32,000 nucleotides of DNA from Pyrolobus fumarii 1A (GCF_000223395.1 NC_015931.1:750001-782000); one strand, 5' to 3'; counted from the stretch's first letter, positions 16,703-25,244 are shown. The notes: generated by a model from the letters alone, not told the origin. A program made the numbers and translations.

Positions 16703-18457
16703 GTGGCGTCATCGCAGCGTCACACAGATGCTATTAGTGCGTCACGAGGCGTATGCTGCACATTCATCCTCGAATCGCTTATAGAGCCTCTGCTTATCGG
16801 TCTCGTAGTCGGCCTAGCCGCAGCAGTCTTCGGCTTACTCTTTAGCTACTACGAGGAGATTGGCGCCGCGATAAGGGTGCTCCTTGGCGACTATTGGCTA
16901 TTCACATCGATAGCACTCTTCTCGGTTGTTGGGCTTGCCCTCGTAAAGCTGTACGGATGGTACGAGGGCTCATCTACCAACAAGTTTCTGGAATATTACC
17001 ACTTCGATGGGGGCCGCATACCAGGCATAGCCGCGCTTGTCCTTGTCGTAGGCTCTCTAATCACGGTCGCTGCGGGCGGCAGTGTTGGCCCGGAAGGACC
17101 CACGCTGATACTGGGAGGCTACATAGGATACATAATGGCGCGCAAGCTGCTGAATAAGCCGGCTTACGAGGCTAAGGAGCATGTACTCATAGGCGCCGGT
17201 GCAGCCGTAGCAGCAGTCTTCAAGGCACCTCTCACAGCAATGACGTTCGTCCTTGAGGTGCTCTACCGTAGAGATTTGGAGACAGGTGTCTTCCTAGAGA
17301 CCCTAGTAGCTACAGTTACGGCATACCTCGTCAGTGTAGCGCTAACTGGTCCCGCTGGCATAATGGCTGTGAGATTCGGCGGCTCGCCTATACCCACGCT
17401 GGAAGATATCATAGCCGGTCTAGTCGCCGGTCTAGCAGCCTCAATAGTCGCCAGAATTATGGTAGAGTCCAAGCATCTACTCTCAAAGTTATCCCGAGAG
17501 ATAGTCAAGGTGTCAAAGCTTGCAGGCCCACTACTACTAACCTCCATAATATGGCTGGCTAGCCGGCGTCACCCCTTCGTACTGGGCGGCGGCGAGCATA
17601 TTGCAGTCGAAGCCCTCCATAATGAGCTAGAGCTTGCACACACCGAGGCGCTCTGGGCCTCGGTTGAAAAGGCTGTATTGACGACAGCCAGCCTCACACT
17701 AGGCGGCACTGGAGGTATCTTCCTACCATTAGTCACGATAGGTAGTCTACTAGGGTATGGCCTCTCAGGACTATTACCAGAGGCTAGCCTCAACGTCCTC
17801 ATACTGGCCAGCATAGCTGGCGTCTTCGCAGGCACTAACAGCGTGGTTATTAGCGCTGTACTTTTCGGCGTTGAGGTCCTAGGAGGCCACGCCTTCATAC
17901 CATCAGCTCTCGCCGCAACACTCGCCTACCTGCTATCCATGGGCACAAGCATTCATAGCAACCAATTACCGCGTAGGGAGGTAGCCAAGAAGCTTGCACT
18001 AGCGAGCCTACTACACCGTCTTGTAGAGCATCACGAGCTACGTAAGAGGCTAGAGACTCTAAGTGTACTTGAAGCCGCCAATAAGAATCCAATAAAGTTT
18101 ACAGCTGAGATGAGCGTCGGCGACGCGCTAAGGATAGCTGCTGAGAAGAGCCACATAGCGTACCCGGTGGTAGATACTAACGGCATACTGCTGGGCTACG
18201 TCGAGCTTGAGGATATGATAGCTGTTGACCCTACCACTAAGCTGCGCGAGCTCGTACGCCCGGCACCGGTAATATCACCCGATGCTAGTATACTGCAGGC
18301 AAGCCTAGCCATGATACGAAGGGATGTAGACCGTCTCTTCGTATGCGATAAGACTGGCTACCTTCTGGGCATTTTGACAAAGACGGATTTGCTACGGACA
18401 CTTATGCAGATATACGAAGAGGTATTAGAGCAGGAGTTTGAAGAGGTCTTCGAATAG
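16703..18457 (+). CDS. ClC-family chloride channel/antiporter with a C-terminal CBS-domain pair
   Basis: GGSVGPEGP (GxEGP gating-glutamate motif) and GTGGIFLPLVTIG (GxFxP motif). About 10 TM helices. C-terminal tandem CBS modules (IAYPVVDTNGILLGYV... / LFVCDKTGYLLGILT). GTG start. Confidence 0.94.
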   Translation: MASSQRHTDAISASRGVCCTFILESLIEPLLIGLVVGLAAAVFGLLFSYYEEIGAAIRVLLGDYWLFTSIALFSVVGLALVKLYGWYEGSSTNKFLEYYHFDGGRIPGIAALVLVVGSLITVAAGGSVGPEGPTLILGGYIGYIMARKLLNKPAYEAKEHVLIGAGAAVAAVFKAPLTAMTFVLEVLYRRDLETGVFLETLVATVTAYLVSVALTGPAGIMAVRFGGSPIPTLEDIIAGLVAGLAASIVARIMVESKHLLSKLSREIVKVSKLAGPLLLTSIIWLASRRHPFVLGGGEHIAVEALHNELELAHTEALWASVEKAVLTTASLTLGGTGGIFLPLVTIGSLLGYGLSGLLPEASLNVLILASIAGVFAGTNSVVISAVLFGVEVLGGHAFIPSALAATLAYLLSMGTSIHSNQLPRREVAKKLALASLLHRLVEHHELRKRLETLSVLEAANKNPIKFTAEMSVGDALRIAAEKSHIAYPVVDTNGILLGYVELEDMIAVDPTTKLRELVRPAPVISPDASILQASLAMIRRDVDRLFVCDKTGYLLGILTKTDLLRTLMQIYEEVLEQEFEEVFE

Positions 18458-18519
18458 GGGCTGTGAGGTAACCCGGGGGATCAGTCCCCCTAGCGCGACC
18501 CCACAAGGGGGATGGCGAG

Positions 18520-18768
18520 GTGGCCCCCTCACCGAGCCGCAAATGCACCAAACTCCTAGACCTGCTAGAGGTCTGTACAGGTGATCTTGTCGAGATTGCA
18601 TTGCGGGATGGAAGAACATTCTATGGCCGCGTGGAAGACTTGAGCAGTGAGGCTATCCTTGTGCGCAGCTATAGCGTGGGAAGCGGGTATGGTACGCAGG
18701 GAGGCACCTACCTGGTGATAGTGTCTAACATAGCATACGTGAGGCTTCTTACCCAGGCTCAACGGTAA
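18520..18768 (+). CDS. Small Sm-like-fold protein (tentative), 82 aa
   Basis: The pattern GDLVEIALRDGRTFYGRVEDL...ILV resembles Sm1, and YLVIVSNIAYVRL resembles Sm2. GTG start. The 3' end overlaps the convergent methyltransferase gene by 20 nt. Confidence 0.5.
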   Translation: MAPSPSRKCTKLLDLLEVCTGDLVEIALRDGRTFYGRVEDLSSEAILVRSYSVGSGYGTQGGTYLVIVSNIAYVRLLTQAQR

Positions 18769-19387
18769 AGACTATTACATCGTTGAACATATCCTCGGGC
18801 GCCCTAGCCTCGACTTTCAGCTTTAATCCTAGCCTCTCCGCCTCGCTGAGTATATCGGCGAATGGCGATGTCTCAGCGGCAACTAGTAACGCTCTCCAGC
18901 CTTTACCCCACGACCGCATCATCCTCATAGTGCGTATAGCCTCGCGCGCACCTCCACTCCAAGCTAGTGCTTCCAGGCCCAGCTCTTCACCGTCCTCTAC
19001 GGGGAGGTATGGCGTGTTATACACCACCAATACCTCGTGCAGAGGCCTAATACACGTGAGGTTATCACACTGCACAACATCCGATAATGTGTTAGCAAGG
19101 TTCATCCTTGCACATTTAGCTGCACACGGTGACACGTCTATAGCTACAACGTATGTGTTTGCTAGAGATGCGCACGCTGCTAGTATACCCGTACCTGTAC
19201 CAACATCTAGTACTATCCTGGGTTTCTCGGCTGTAGCGAGTAGTTTCTCGAGCACTTGCATGGCTAGCCAAGTGTCGGTGCTCGGTTCATAGACGTGTCG
19301 ACATATTGTCACCCTAGTGTTGCAAGCTTCGATCTCGTAGAGAGGTTCCACAGTGCACACATAGCCTAGCCCCCGGAAGCTCAACAC
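18749..19387 (-). CDS. HemK/Mtq2-family N5-glutamine (release-factor) methyltransferase
   Basis: VYEPSTDTWL entry motif, SAM-binding VLDVGTGTGILA, AIDVSP, and the catalytic NPPY variant YNTPYLP. Confidence 0.88.
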   Translation of the reverse strand: MLSFRGLGYVCTVEPLYEIEACNTRVTICRHVYEPSTDTWLAMQVLEKLLATAEKPRIVLDVGTGTGILAACASLANTYVVAIDVSPCAAKCARMNLANTLSDVVQCDNLTCIRPLHEVLVVYNTPYLPVEDGEELGLEALAWSGGAREAIRTMRMMRSWGKGWRALLVAAETSPFADILSEAERLGLKLKVEARAPEDMFNDVIVFTVEPG

Positions 19388-19558
19388 TCAGCGCCTGGTA
19401 GTACGCTGGCGGTCTTACCTTAATCATCTACATCAAAACACCATTCGTGTCTCAGTTGAAAGCAAAGAGGAGTTGTTTCTACAATCGTGTGGAGTACTAC
19501 GGTGGTTCAAGTTAAGCAGAGGTAGATGTATTAGGTAACACTCTGGTGGGCGCGCACC

Positions 19559-19873
19559 TTGCCCGTTGTCTATCGCTGCTCTAGATGCGGTTTCCCACTC
19601 TATGTCTTCGCGCGCGTCGGGCAGAGTAGTTACGGCCTCCCCACTCCCAGCGAGGTAATCTACATGCATGGTGGCCGCTGTCCACGTTGCGGTAAAGAGC
19701 TCAAGAGGCCCACGATACGCTCGATAAGAATAGATGTTGATGTCGCTTCACGCGTGGTGCAACTACTCCAGACTGCCAGGCGGCTTCACGCGCCACTAAC
19801 GGGTGTCGAGCTACACCTATCGTCACTTATCTCCGGCCTTCGAGGTACAGGAGAGGCGGAAGCCGTCGCCTAG
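19559..19873 (+). CDS. Zinc-ribbon protein (two CxxC pairs), 104 aa
   Basis: CSRCG...(31 aa)...CPRCG. TTG start 28 nt downstream of an A/T box. The C-terminal half is helical and basic. Divergent from the Mtq2-like gene. Confidence 0.6.
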   Translation: MPVVYRCSRCGFPLYVFARVGQSSYGLPTPSEVIYMHGGRCPRCGKELKRPTIRSIRIDVDVASRVVQLLQTARRLHAPLTGVELHLSSLISGLRGTGEAEAVA

Positions 19874-21123
19874 AGCTCTTCATGCAGTATTTTACCCTCT
19901 CCTATCACCATCACTGGGTACGACTCCATGCTGAACGGGTCACCTTTCCAGGCTACTAAGCTGGCCCTCCATCCCGGCTTGACAGCGCCAGCATCCAAGC
20001 CTAGTATCTTGGCGGCATTGTAGGTCACTGTAGCCAGAGCTTCGGTCTTATCCATCCCATATCGCAGCAGGAATCTCGTCTGCAGGAAGAGGTTACGCTG
20101 CAACACTACAGGATGGTCACTCATAAGGGCGAAGAACGGCTTGACTTTCACAAGCAACCTCATGTTCTTGTAACTTTCGTGCCGAAGCTCTGTCTTATAG
20201 GCCCAAGAGTCTATTGGGCCATATACCAGCGGCACGCCCTCTCTCTTTATACGCTCGAACACCCACTCTTCATGCACGTCGCACGCATGCTCTATTGTGA
20301 AGAACGGTGGTTTCAGGAAGCCGAGCCTATATCTCAACATGAACAACGCTACTATGTCATCTGCTTTATGCACATGCACACGCAGCTTCTCCTCGCCCTT
20401 CACTACCGGGATAAGCGCTTGGACCTCCGGCTCGACCTCCTCCAAGTCCTTCTTACCCTTCTCTATGAGCATCAGGGTGTCCCTAGCTTTGATAATCCAT
20501 TTTTGGAGCAATGCTATCGCGCCCATCCTGGTGTATGGCCTCACACCTCTCCACGTAGTGGTGCTCCTCGGGTTGTAGCCGAGCGCCATCTTCAGCCCAC
20601 AAGAGCCTATATACGCCTCCTCGATGTTGCGAGCCCAGTTGCGTATTAACGCGCCCCTCCCACCAATGATGTTTCCGCTTCCAGGAAGCACACACGAGTA
20701 TAGGACGCCATGCTCGACACTTTCACGGAAGTACTGATCATCCATGTACACCGAGTATATCGCATCTACCAACGGTAGAACACTGTCGAACCTCTCGTTG
20801 CTCTCTTCTTCGCTTGCTGGTTCACCATGCCTCACCATACCGATGTGCGAGTGTGGATCAATGAAGGCAGGTGTCACAACTATATCCTTGCCCAGGTCTA
20901 TTACCTCGACATCACGTGGTTTCTCACTCACAACCTCCTTTATCCTGCCACTTTCCTCGTCAAAGACTATGTACTTGTTTTTCTCTATCCCGCCGGGAAG
21001 ACCAGTGTAGAGGACCGGCGCGTAAAGCGCCTTCAACAACTTGTGGCCCCAGCCGCGAAGATAGGATACCGCTTCTATTAACCCTGGCTTGAATAAGGCT
21101 TGATTAACTACTACCGCCCGCAT
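19870..21123 (-). CDS. Metal-dependent amidohydrolase (intact HxH site)
   Basis: VTPAFIDPHSHIGM (HxH) follows the usual N-terminal beta-sandwich. Later His/Asp positions are present (HVHKADD, SDHP). 417 aa. Confidence 0.9.
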   Translation of the reverse strand: MRAVVVNQALFKPGLIEAVSYLRGWGHKLLKALYAPVLYTGLPGGIEKNKYIVFDEESGRIKEVVSEKPRDVEVIDLGKDIVVTPAFIDPHSHIGMVRHGEPASEEESNERFDSVLPLVDAIYSVYMDDQYFRESVEHGVLYSCVLPGSGNIIGGRGALIRNWARNIEEAYIGSCGLKMALGYNPRSTTTWRGVRPYTRMGAIALLQKWIIKARDTLMLIEKGKKDLEEVEPEVQALIPVVKGEEKLRVHVHKADDIVALFMLRYRLGFLKPPFFTIEHACDVHEEWVFERIKREGVPLVYGPIDSWAYKTELRHESYKNMRLLVKVKPFFALMSDHPVVLQRNLFLQTRFLLRYGMDKTEALATVTYNAAKILGLDAGAVKPGWRASLVAWKGDPFSMESYPVMVIGEGKILHEEL

Positions 21124-21140
21124 CTCACATTAGACCGTCT

Positions 21141-21626
21141 TTGCCTGCAGTCGTACAGGGGCAGGTTATAGTGGCGAGTCTCACAAGAGTCCGCAGCCTA
21201 GAACTTGCCGTCCATGCACACGCTACTGAGGACTTGAGGAAGGTAGAGGAGGCGTTATTGAAGTTCCTGCCGGAGGACGTGCGTAACAAGGTTAGGATAG
21301 AGCGGGTAACGCTAGAGGGGCATCATGGAAACCCTATTGTCAGAATGAATCTAGTACTAGAAGGCGAGGATGCCGAGAGAGCTGTGAAGCACATAGCTAG
21401 CATGATGGATGATACTGACAAGCTTCTGCTCAACACCAGCTTCGAGGCAAGGTATGATGAGAAGAGTGGGAAGCTTTTCCTTCGCTTCTCCAAACAGGAG
21501 GCATACTTGGGTAGGCTAAGGCTGATGGACGGAGACGATGTCGTCAGAGTTGTTGTAGGGTTCCGTGGCTCACCGAACACCGAGAAGGCTAAGAGGTTCG
21601 CAAGGGAGTTGGGGTTAGTGCCGTGA
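21141..21626 (+). CDS. Archaeal RNA-binding protein of the COG1931/DUF54 family (exosome/RNase P superoperon associated)
   Basis: LAVHAHATEDLRKVEEAL near the N-terminus and about 150 aa in size, typical of this family. Position directly upstream of the RNase P subunits. GTG at 21171 is an alternative start. Confidence 0.75.
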   Translation: MPAVVQGQVIVASLTRVRSLELAVHAHATEDLRKVEEALLKFLPEDVRNKVRIERVTLEGHHGNPIVRMNLVLEGEDAERAVKHIASMMDDTDKLLLNTSFEARYDEKSGKLFLRFSKQEAYLGRLRLMDGDDVVRVVVGFRGSPNTEKAKRFARELGLVP

Positions 21627-22261
21627 AGGGCTTTGATATGTGCATCAAACCTCGTACTCGGCGCGATGCTGGCGACCTGGCTGCTCTAGCCGCGCTCACC
21701 AATATCGGCGGTGTTGCTGTCGAGGTTAACGATGATGATTGGGGTTTTGTTAGGAGGGTGTTTGAGGATGCGGGTCTCACAGTACTAAGGCGAGTTACCA
21801 TAGAGGTGCGCAAGGCTGGCGATGTGCCACGCGTGGCTAGCGAGGCGCGCAAGAAAGGCTATGATATTGTCGCCGTCTTGCCGCTTAGCGACGAAGCCGC
21901 TAGGTACGCCGCAAGAGACGAGAGGGTAGATCTTGTAGTTGTCCGACCTGGTATGGCCCGCTTGGTGGATTCTAGCCAAGCTGGGTTGCATCGTATGGGA
22001 GGCGGCGCCGTGGAATTACAAGTCACGCCTCTATTAAGCCAGAAGCAGGGCTTTAGAACGCTTATGGTCGTATCGCGCCGCGCTGTTGCATACAGTGTAC
22101 CGCTTGTAGTGTCGTCTTGTGCCACCACCATGTGGGAGTTTATACCACCACGTAGTATCGAGGCTCTCCTCTCCGCACTGGGCGTACCCGAGAACTATGC
22201 AAAGGCTTTCACCTATTCACACCCCTGGAGTATTGCACGGCGACGCATGAGGAGGGACTAG
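21623..22261 (+). CDS. rnp3: RNase P protein component 3 (Rpp30 homolog)
   Basis: GTG start overlaps the upstream stop (GTGA). N-terminal FDMCIKP. The C-terminal VPLVVSSCATTMWEFIPPRSIEALLSALGVPENYAKAF is collinear with the SSA...R.PRDLISL...G segment of archaeal Rpp30. 212 aa. Confidence 0.8.
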   Translation: MKGFDMCIKPRTRRDAGDLAALAALTNIGGVAVEVNDDDWGFVRRVFEDAGLTVLRRVTIEVRKAGDVPRVASEARKKGYDIVAVLPLSDEAARYAARDERVDLVVVRPGMARLVDSSQAGLHRMGGGAVELQVTPLLSQKQGFRTLMVVSRRAVAYSVPLVVSSCATTMWEFIPPRSIEALLSALGVPENYAKAFTYSHPWSIARRRMRRD

Positions 22262-22263
22262 GC

Positions 22264-22833
22264 TTGGCTACGTCAACGCAAGTCACGCTACTAGTCTCGC
22301 TAGCATCTCTAATATCCGCCGCTATTGCGATAGCTGCCCTCCTCATCGCTAGAAACACTTCTAGAAGTCTCGCGCGTGTAGAAAGAACCACTCGTGAAGC
22401 TATCTCACGCATCTCAAAACTCGAGGCTATTGTCGCAAAGACTGTGCAAGTAATAGACGACATCGAGGAGGCTAGGAAGCTTAAAAGGAGAAGAAGGAGA
22501 CGCTACGTGGCAGCCTTAATACTCTACGAGGATAGGCTGCCTCCAGATCCACGCGTAGTCCAGACGGCTATCGAGGAGGGGTTGAGGAGACTAGGTGGCG
22601 AGCTTGCTGTAGCCGAAGCTAGACCAACCATCGTCTATTATGATCCCGTGCGAGGAGCCGTTATCATACGTACGAATCACCTCGCCGTTAACCTTGTACT
22701 AGCTGGTTTACTACTGGTCAATCGCATTGGCGGTACGCGCGTCCATATAGTACCATTGCGTACTGCTGGTACTATACAATCCGCTAGACGCTACCTAGGT
22801 ATACTCGAGAAGCTACCAGCCAGAGCAGGTTAA
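22264..22833 (+). CDS. rnp2: RNase P protein component 2 (Pop5/Rpp14 homolog) with a possible 60-aa N-terminal hydrophobic/coiled extension
   Basis: The Pop5 core RRRYVAALILYED...GGELAVAEARPTIVYYDPVRGAVIIRTNH...RTAGTIQSARRYL is collinear with archaeal Pop5. The frame is open from TTG 22264. GTG at 22444 would give a canonical-length protein. Confidence 0.8.
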   Translation: MATSTQVTLLVSLASLISAAIAIAALLIARNTSRSLARVERTTREAISRISKLEAIVAKTVQVIDDIEEARKLKRRRRRRYVAALILYEDRLPPDPRVVQTAIEEGLRRLGGELAVAEARPTIVYYDPVRGAVIIRTNHLAVNLVLAGLLLVNRIGGTRVHIVPLRTAGTIQSARRYLGILEKLPARAG

Positions 22834-22890
22834 ACACGCCACACACTCACGCAACATATTGTTATGTTCGCGGTGAAAGCTCACGATGCG

Positions 22891-22898
22891 ATTTTAAG
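22891..22898 (+). promoter_or_regulatory. TATA box (ATTTTAAG) positioned for the C/D sRNA candidate
   Basis: Centre is about 27 nt upstream of position 22922, the standard archaeal TATA-to-TSS spacing. Confidence 0.5.
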
Positions 22899-22921
22899 CT
22901 TGTTGTCTATCTAATCATCCA

Positions 22922-22979
22922 CGGGTGTGATGAAGCCGTCCCAGTCTGATTGATGAGGAATTCACGACGGCCTGACCCG
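22922..22979 (+). ncRNA. C/D-box sRNA candidate (about 58 nt)
   Basis: CGGG-t-[C box GTGATGA 22927-33]-12 nt-[D' CTGA 22946-49]-TTG-[C' ATGAGGA 22953-59]-12 nt-[D CTGA 22972-75]-CCCG. This gives canonical 12-nt guide spacing on both halves, a 3-nt D'/C' spacer, a 4-bp terminal stem and a TATA box at -27. Caveat: the two guides are partly self-complementary (GCCGTC/GACGGC). Confidence 0.55.
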
Positions 22980-22983
22980 CTCC

Positions 22984-24078
22984 ATGCACAGCTTACACTA
23001 TAAGGCGTTTGCACTATCCGTGCCCGCGCACACGCATAGCGGCGAGGTGATAGGGAGCATGGCGCTGTTGCCAGTCTTTGCTGGCGTGCTCATAGCACTG
23101 TACAAGAAGATAGTCGGAATTACAAGGAAGTTGCTAACACACACCGAGATTGTAATAGTATTGTTCGCGTTTAGCGTCTGGATTGCTGCTGGCATTGCAT
23201 TCTCCATAGTGGAGGGAATTAACCTCCCAGACGCGCTCTACTGGGCCCTTGTAACCATAGCTACCGTTGGCTATGGTGACATCACACCGCAAACACCTCT
23301 AGGTAAGATTGTGGCATGCATAACCATCGTTGCTGGCATAGCTGCTTTCACGTCACTTGTTTCAGTGACCGCCGAGAGACTCATGGAGGCAGCTCAGCGT
23401 CGTCGCGAGGGTCTCATAGTGTATAAGGGTGAGGGTCACGTAGTGATAATCGGATGGAACCCTGCAACAGAGTCCGCCTATAACGAGCTACGTAGCCTAA
23501 ACGTAGCCAAGCATATAGTATTGGTGCACGAGAGAGGCCCCGTAATTCACGACGAGATGACTACGACTGTAAGAGGCGACCCGACTAGAACTGAGACTCT
23601 GCTCCGCGCTTCCGTAGACAAAGCCTCAATGGCCATAGTCGCACTCGACGACGACGCTAAGACTGCTCTCACTGTCCTAGCCGTGAAGGCGTTAAACCCC
23701 AGAGCGAGAATCGTGGCTGAAGCACTCTACCCGGAGCATGTTGACTTGATACACAAGGCTGGTGCCGATATAGTGCTTGCCACTAGGAGCCTGGGAGGCA
23801 GGCTCCTCGCTGCAGCATTGCTAGAGCCTGGCGCAGCCATGTTCGTCGAGGATGCGGCCTCCGCCGCCTACGGCAAGGCTAAGTTCAAAGAGATACCTGG
23901 CAAGAGGTTCGCAGGCAAACCATTCGGTGAGGCAATGAGGCTTCTGCGAGAGAAGGGTTGCACGCCGATAGCTGTTCGAAGAGGAACCGCCCTGATACCA
24001 AACCCGCCAGATTCGCTCATAATCCTAGAGTCTGATGCCATAGTTGTCGTCACGCCTAGAGAGGAGGAAACGTGCTAG
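22984..24078 (+). CDS. Two-TM potassium channel with a cytoplasmic RCK (TrkA-N/TrkA-C) domain, MthK-like
   Basis: Selectivity filter TVGYGD. Rossmann motif VVIIGWNPATES. C-terminal TrkA-C-like segment. The internal ATG at 23059 (MALLPVF..., preceded by GGTGA) is a likely true start if the sRNA is real. Confidence 0.92.
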   Translation: MHSLHYKAFALSVPAHTHSGEVIGSMALLPVFAGVLIALYKKIVGITRKLLTHTEIVIVLFAFSVWIAAGIAFSIVEGINLPDALYWALVTIATVGYGDITPQTPLGKIVACITIVAGIAAFTSLVSVTAERLMEAAQRRREGLIVYKGEGHVVIIGWNPATESAYNELRSLNVAKHIVLVHERGPVIHDEMTTTVRGDPTRTETLLRASVDKASMAIVALDDDAKTALTVLAVKALNPRARIVAEALYPEHVDLIHKAGADIVLATRSLGGRLLAAALLEPGAAMFVEDAASAAYGKAKFKEIPGKRFAGKPFGEAMRLLREKGCTPIAVRRGTALIPNPPDSLIILESDAIVVVTPREEETC

Positions 24079-24157
24079 CGGGGGAGGGTCCACGCTCAGC
24101 CCAGTCAGCATCTCTAGATACTCAGCGGGGTTCTATTGGCTCATCCCCTACCCCCGC

Positions 24158-24165
24158 GTTTAAAC
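24158..24165 (+). promoter_or_regulatory. TATA box (GTTTAAAC) upstream of the DAHP synthase gene
   Basis: Palindromic A/T core 40-47 nt upstream of the TTG start. The same octamer occurs at 28766-28773, and the one-mismatch variant ATTTAAAC at 30845-30852, both in promoter positions of other genes. Confidence 0.4.
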
Positions 24166-24204
24166 GGTGGATCCCGGGCCCCGTGACATCAAGGGGCATA
24201 CACC

Positions 24205-25236
24205 TTGATAATCGTGTTGCGACGTGGAGAGGCAGCAAGCGAGGTCGAAGGCCTTCTAAGCGATGAGGGATTGGAGTACAAGCGCCTAGTGTTGTACGAT
24301 AGGGATGTTATTGTTGCATGGGGTCCTAGCGAGGACAAGGCAGCAGAGAAGCTGCGAGGCCACCCTGCGGTAGAGCTTGTGTCCAACGTTGGTTCGAAAC
24401 TGCAACTATCCTCGCGAGAGTGGCTTGGCGGTGATAGCGTAGCTCGGATTGGCAACGTGGAGGTCGGCCGCGATTTTATCGTGATAGCCGGTCCTTGTGG
24501 CATTGAGAGCCGTGAACAGGTAGAGGAGGCTGTGAGTGCCGTCTGGTCTGCGGGTGCTCATGTCGTCCGTGGGGGCGCGTGGAAGCCGCGCACGAGTCCT
24601 TACAGTTTCCAGGGTATTGGATTGGAGGCTGCGAAGTGGCTAGCAGAGGCTGCGCACTCTAAGGGTCTTCCAGCGATAACTGAAGTCATGGATCCGAGGG
24701 ACGCTAGGCAAGTGTTCAACATTGTTGATGGTGTCTGGGTCGGCGCTAGGAGCATGCAAGTGACCCCGCTGCTACGCGAACTAGGCAGACTCTGCAGAGA
24801 GACCGGCAAGGCCGTGCTCATCAAGAGGGGTTTCGGCAACACTCTGGAAGAGTGGCTACTAGCCTCTGAATACGTAATGCTAGAGGGGTGCAGCAACGTC
24901 GCACTAATAGAGAGGGGCTCAAGATGCTGGGCTAGCGTCTCTAGGTTCAGCCTTGATGTGGCCATCATACCCGTGGCTAGGGGCAAAACACACCTACCCA
25001 TCATAGTCGACCCGAGCCACCCGGCAGGCAAGAGAGAGCTTGTAGAGCCGCTTGCCCTCGCCGCTACCGCTGCCGGAGCACAAGGCTTGATGATAGAAGT
25101 TCACCCATGGCCGGAGAAAGCCCTAAGCGACAAGCAACAACAACTAACACCCGGAGAATTCAAGAGACTAATGGAGAAACTGAAACTACTCCTAGAGGCC
25201 CTGGGCAGACGCATGGCCCCGCAGCCCAAAGCCTAA
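24205..25236 (+). CDS. 3-deoxy-7-phosphoheptulonate (DAHP) synthase, type I-beta, with an N-terminal ferredoxin-like regulatory domain
   Basis: Collinear with the Thermotoga-type enzyme: MIIVL..., IAGPCGIES, RGGAWKPRTSPYSFQG, KRGF, DPSHPAGKRELV, EVHPWPEKALSD. TTG start. Confidence 0.93.
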   Translation: MIIVLRRGEAASEVEGLLSDEGLEYKRLVLYDRDVIVAWGPSEDKAAEKLRGHPAVELVSNVGSKLQLSSREWLGGDSVARIGNVEVGRDFIVIAGPCGIESREQVEEAVSAVWSAGAHVVRGGAWKPRTSPYSFQGIGLEAAKWLAEAAHSKGLPAITEVMDPRDARQVFNIVDGVWVGARSMQVTPLLRELGRLCRETGKAVLIKRGFGNTLEEWLLASEYVMLEGCSNVALIERGSRCWASVSRFSLDVAIIPVARGKTHLPIIVDPSHPAGKRELVEPLALAATAAGAQGLMIEVHPWPEKALSDKQQQLTPGEFKRLMEKLKLLLEALGRRMAPQPKA

Positions 25237-25244
25237 CGTTCAAT

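Noticed and set aside
16703-18457. Possibility that the ClC protein is a fluoride-specific CLC-F because the first filter motif is GSSTN instead of GSGIP
   Set aside because: The gating Glu (GPEGP) and GxFxP motifs look like ordinary ClC motifs. I cannot align to CLC-F signatures reliably by eye, so the evidence is insufficient.
19433-19669. 78-aa minus-strand ORF
   Set aside because: It is antisense to the zinc-ribbon ORF, which has two clean CxxC knuckles and a correctly spaced A/T box. The minus-strand frame has no recognisable features.
24078-24157. Possible tRNA or tRNA pseudogene (7-bp GCGGGGG/CCCCCGC acceptor-like stem)
   Set aside because: No D-arm, anticodon arm or T-arm can be formed. 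The nucleotides preceding the 3' acceptor strand (CCCTA) have no complementary partner at T-stem distance. It is kept only as a generic structured element in the findings.
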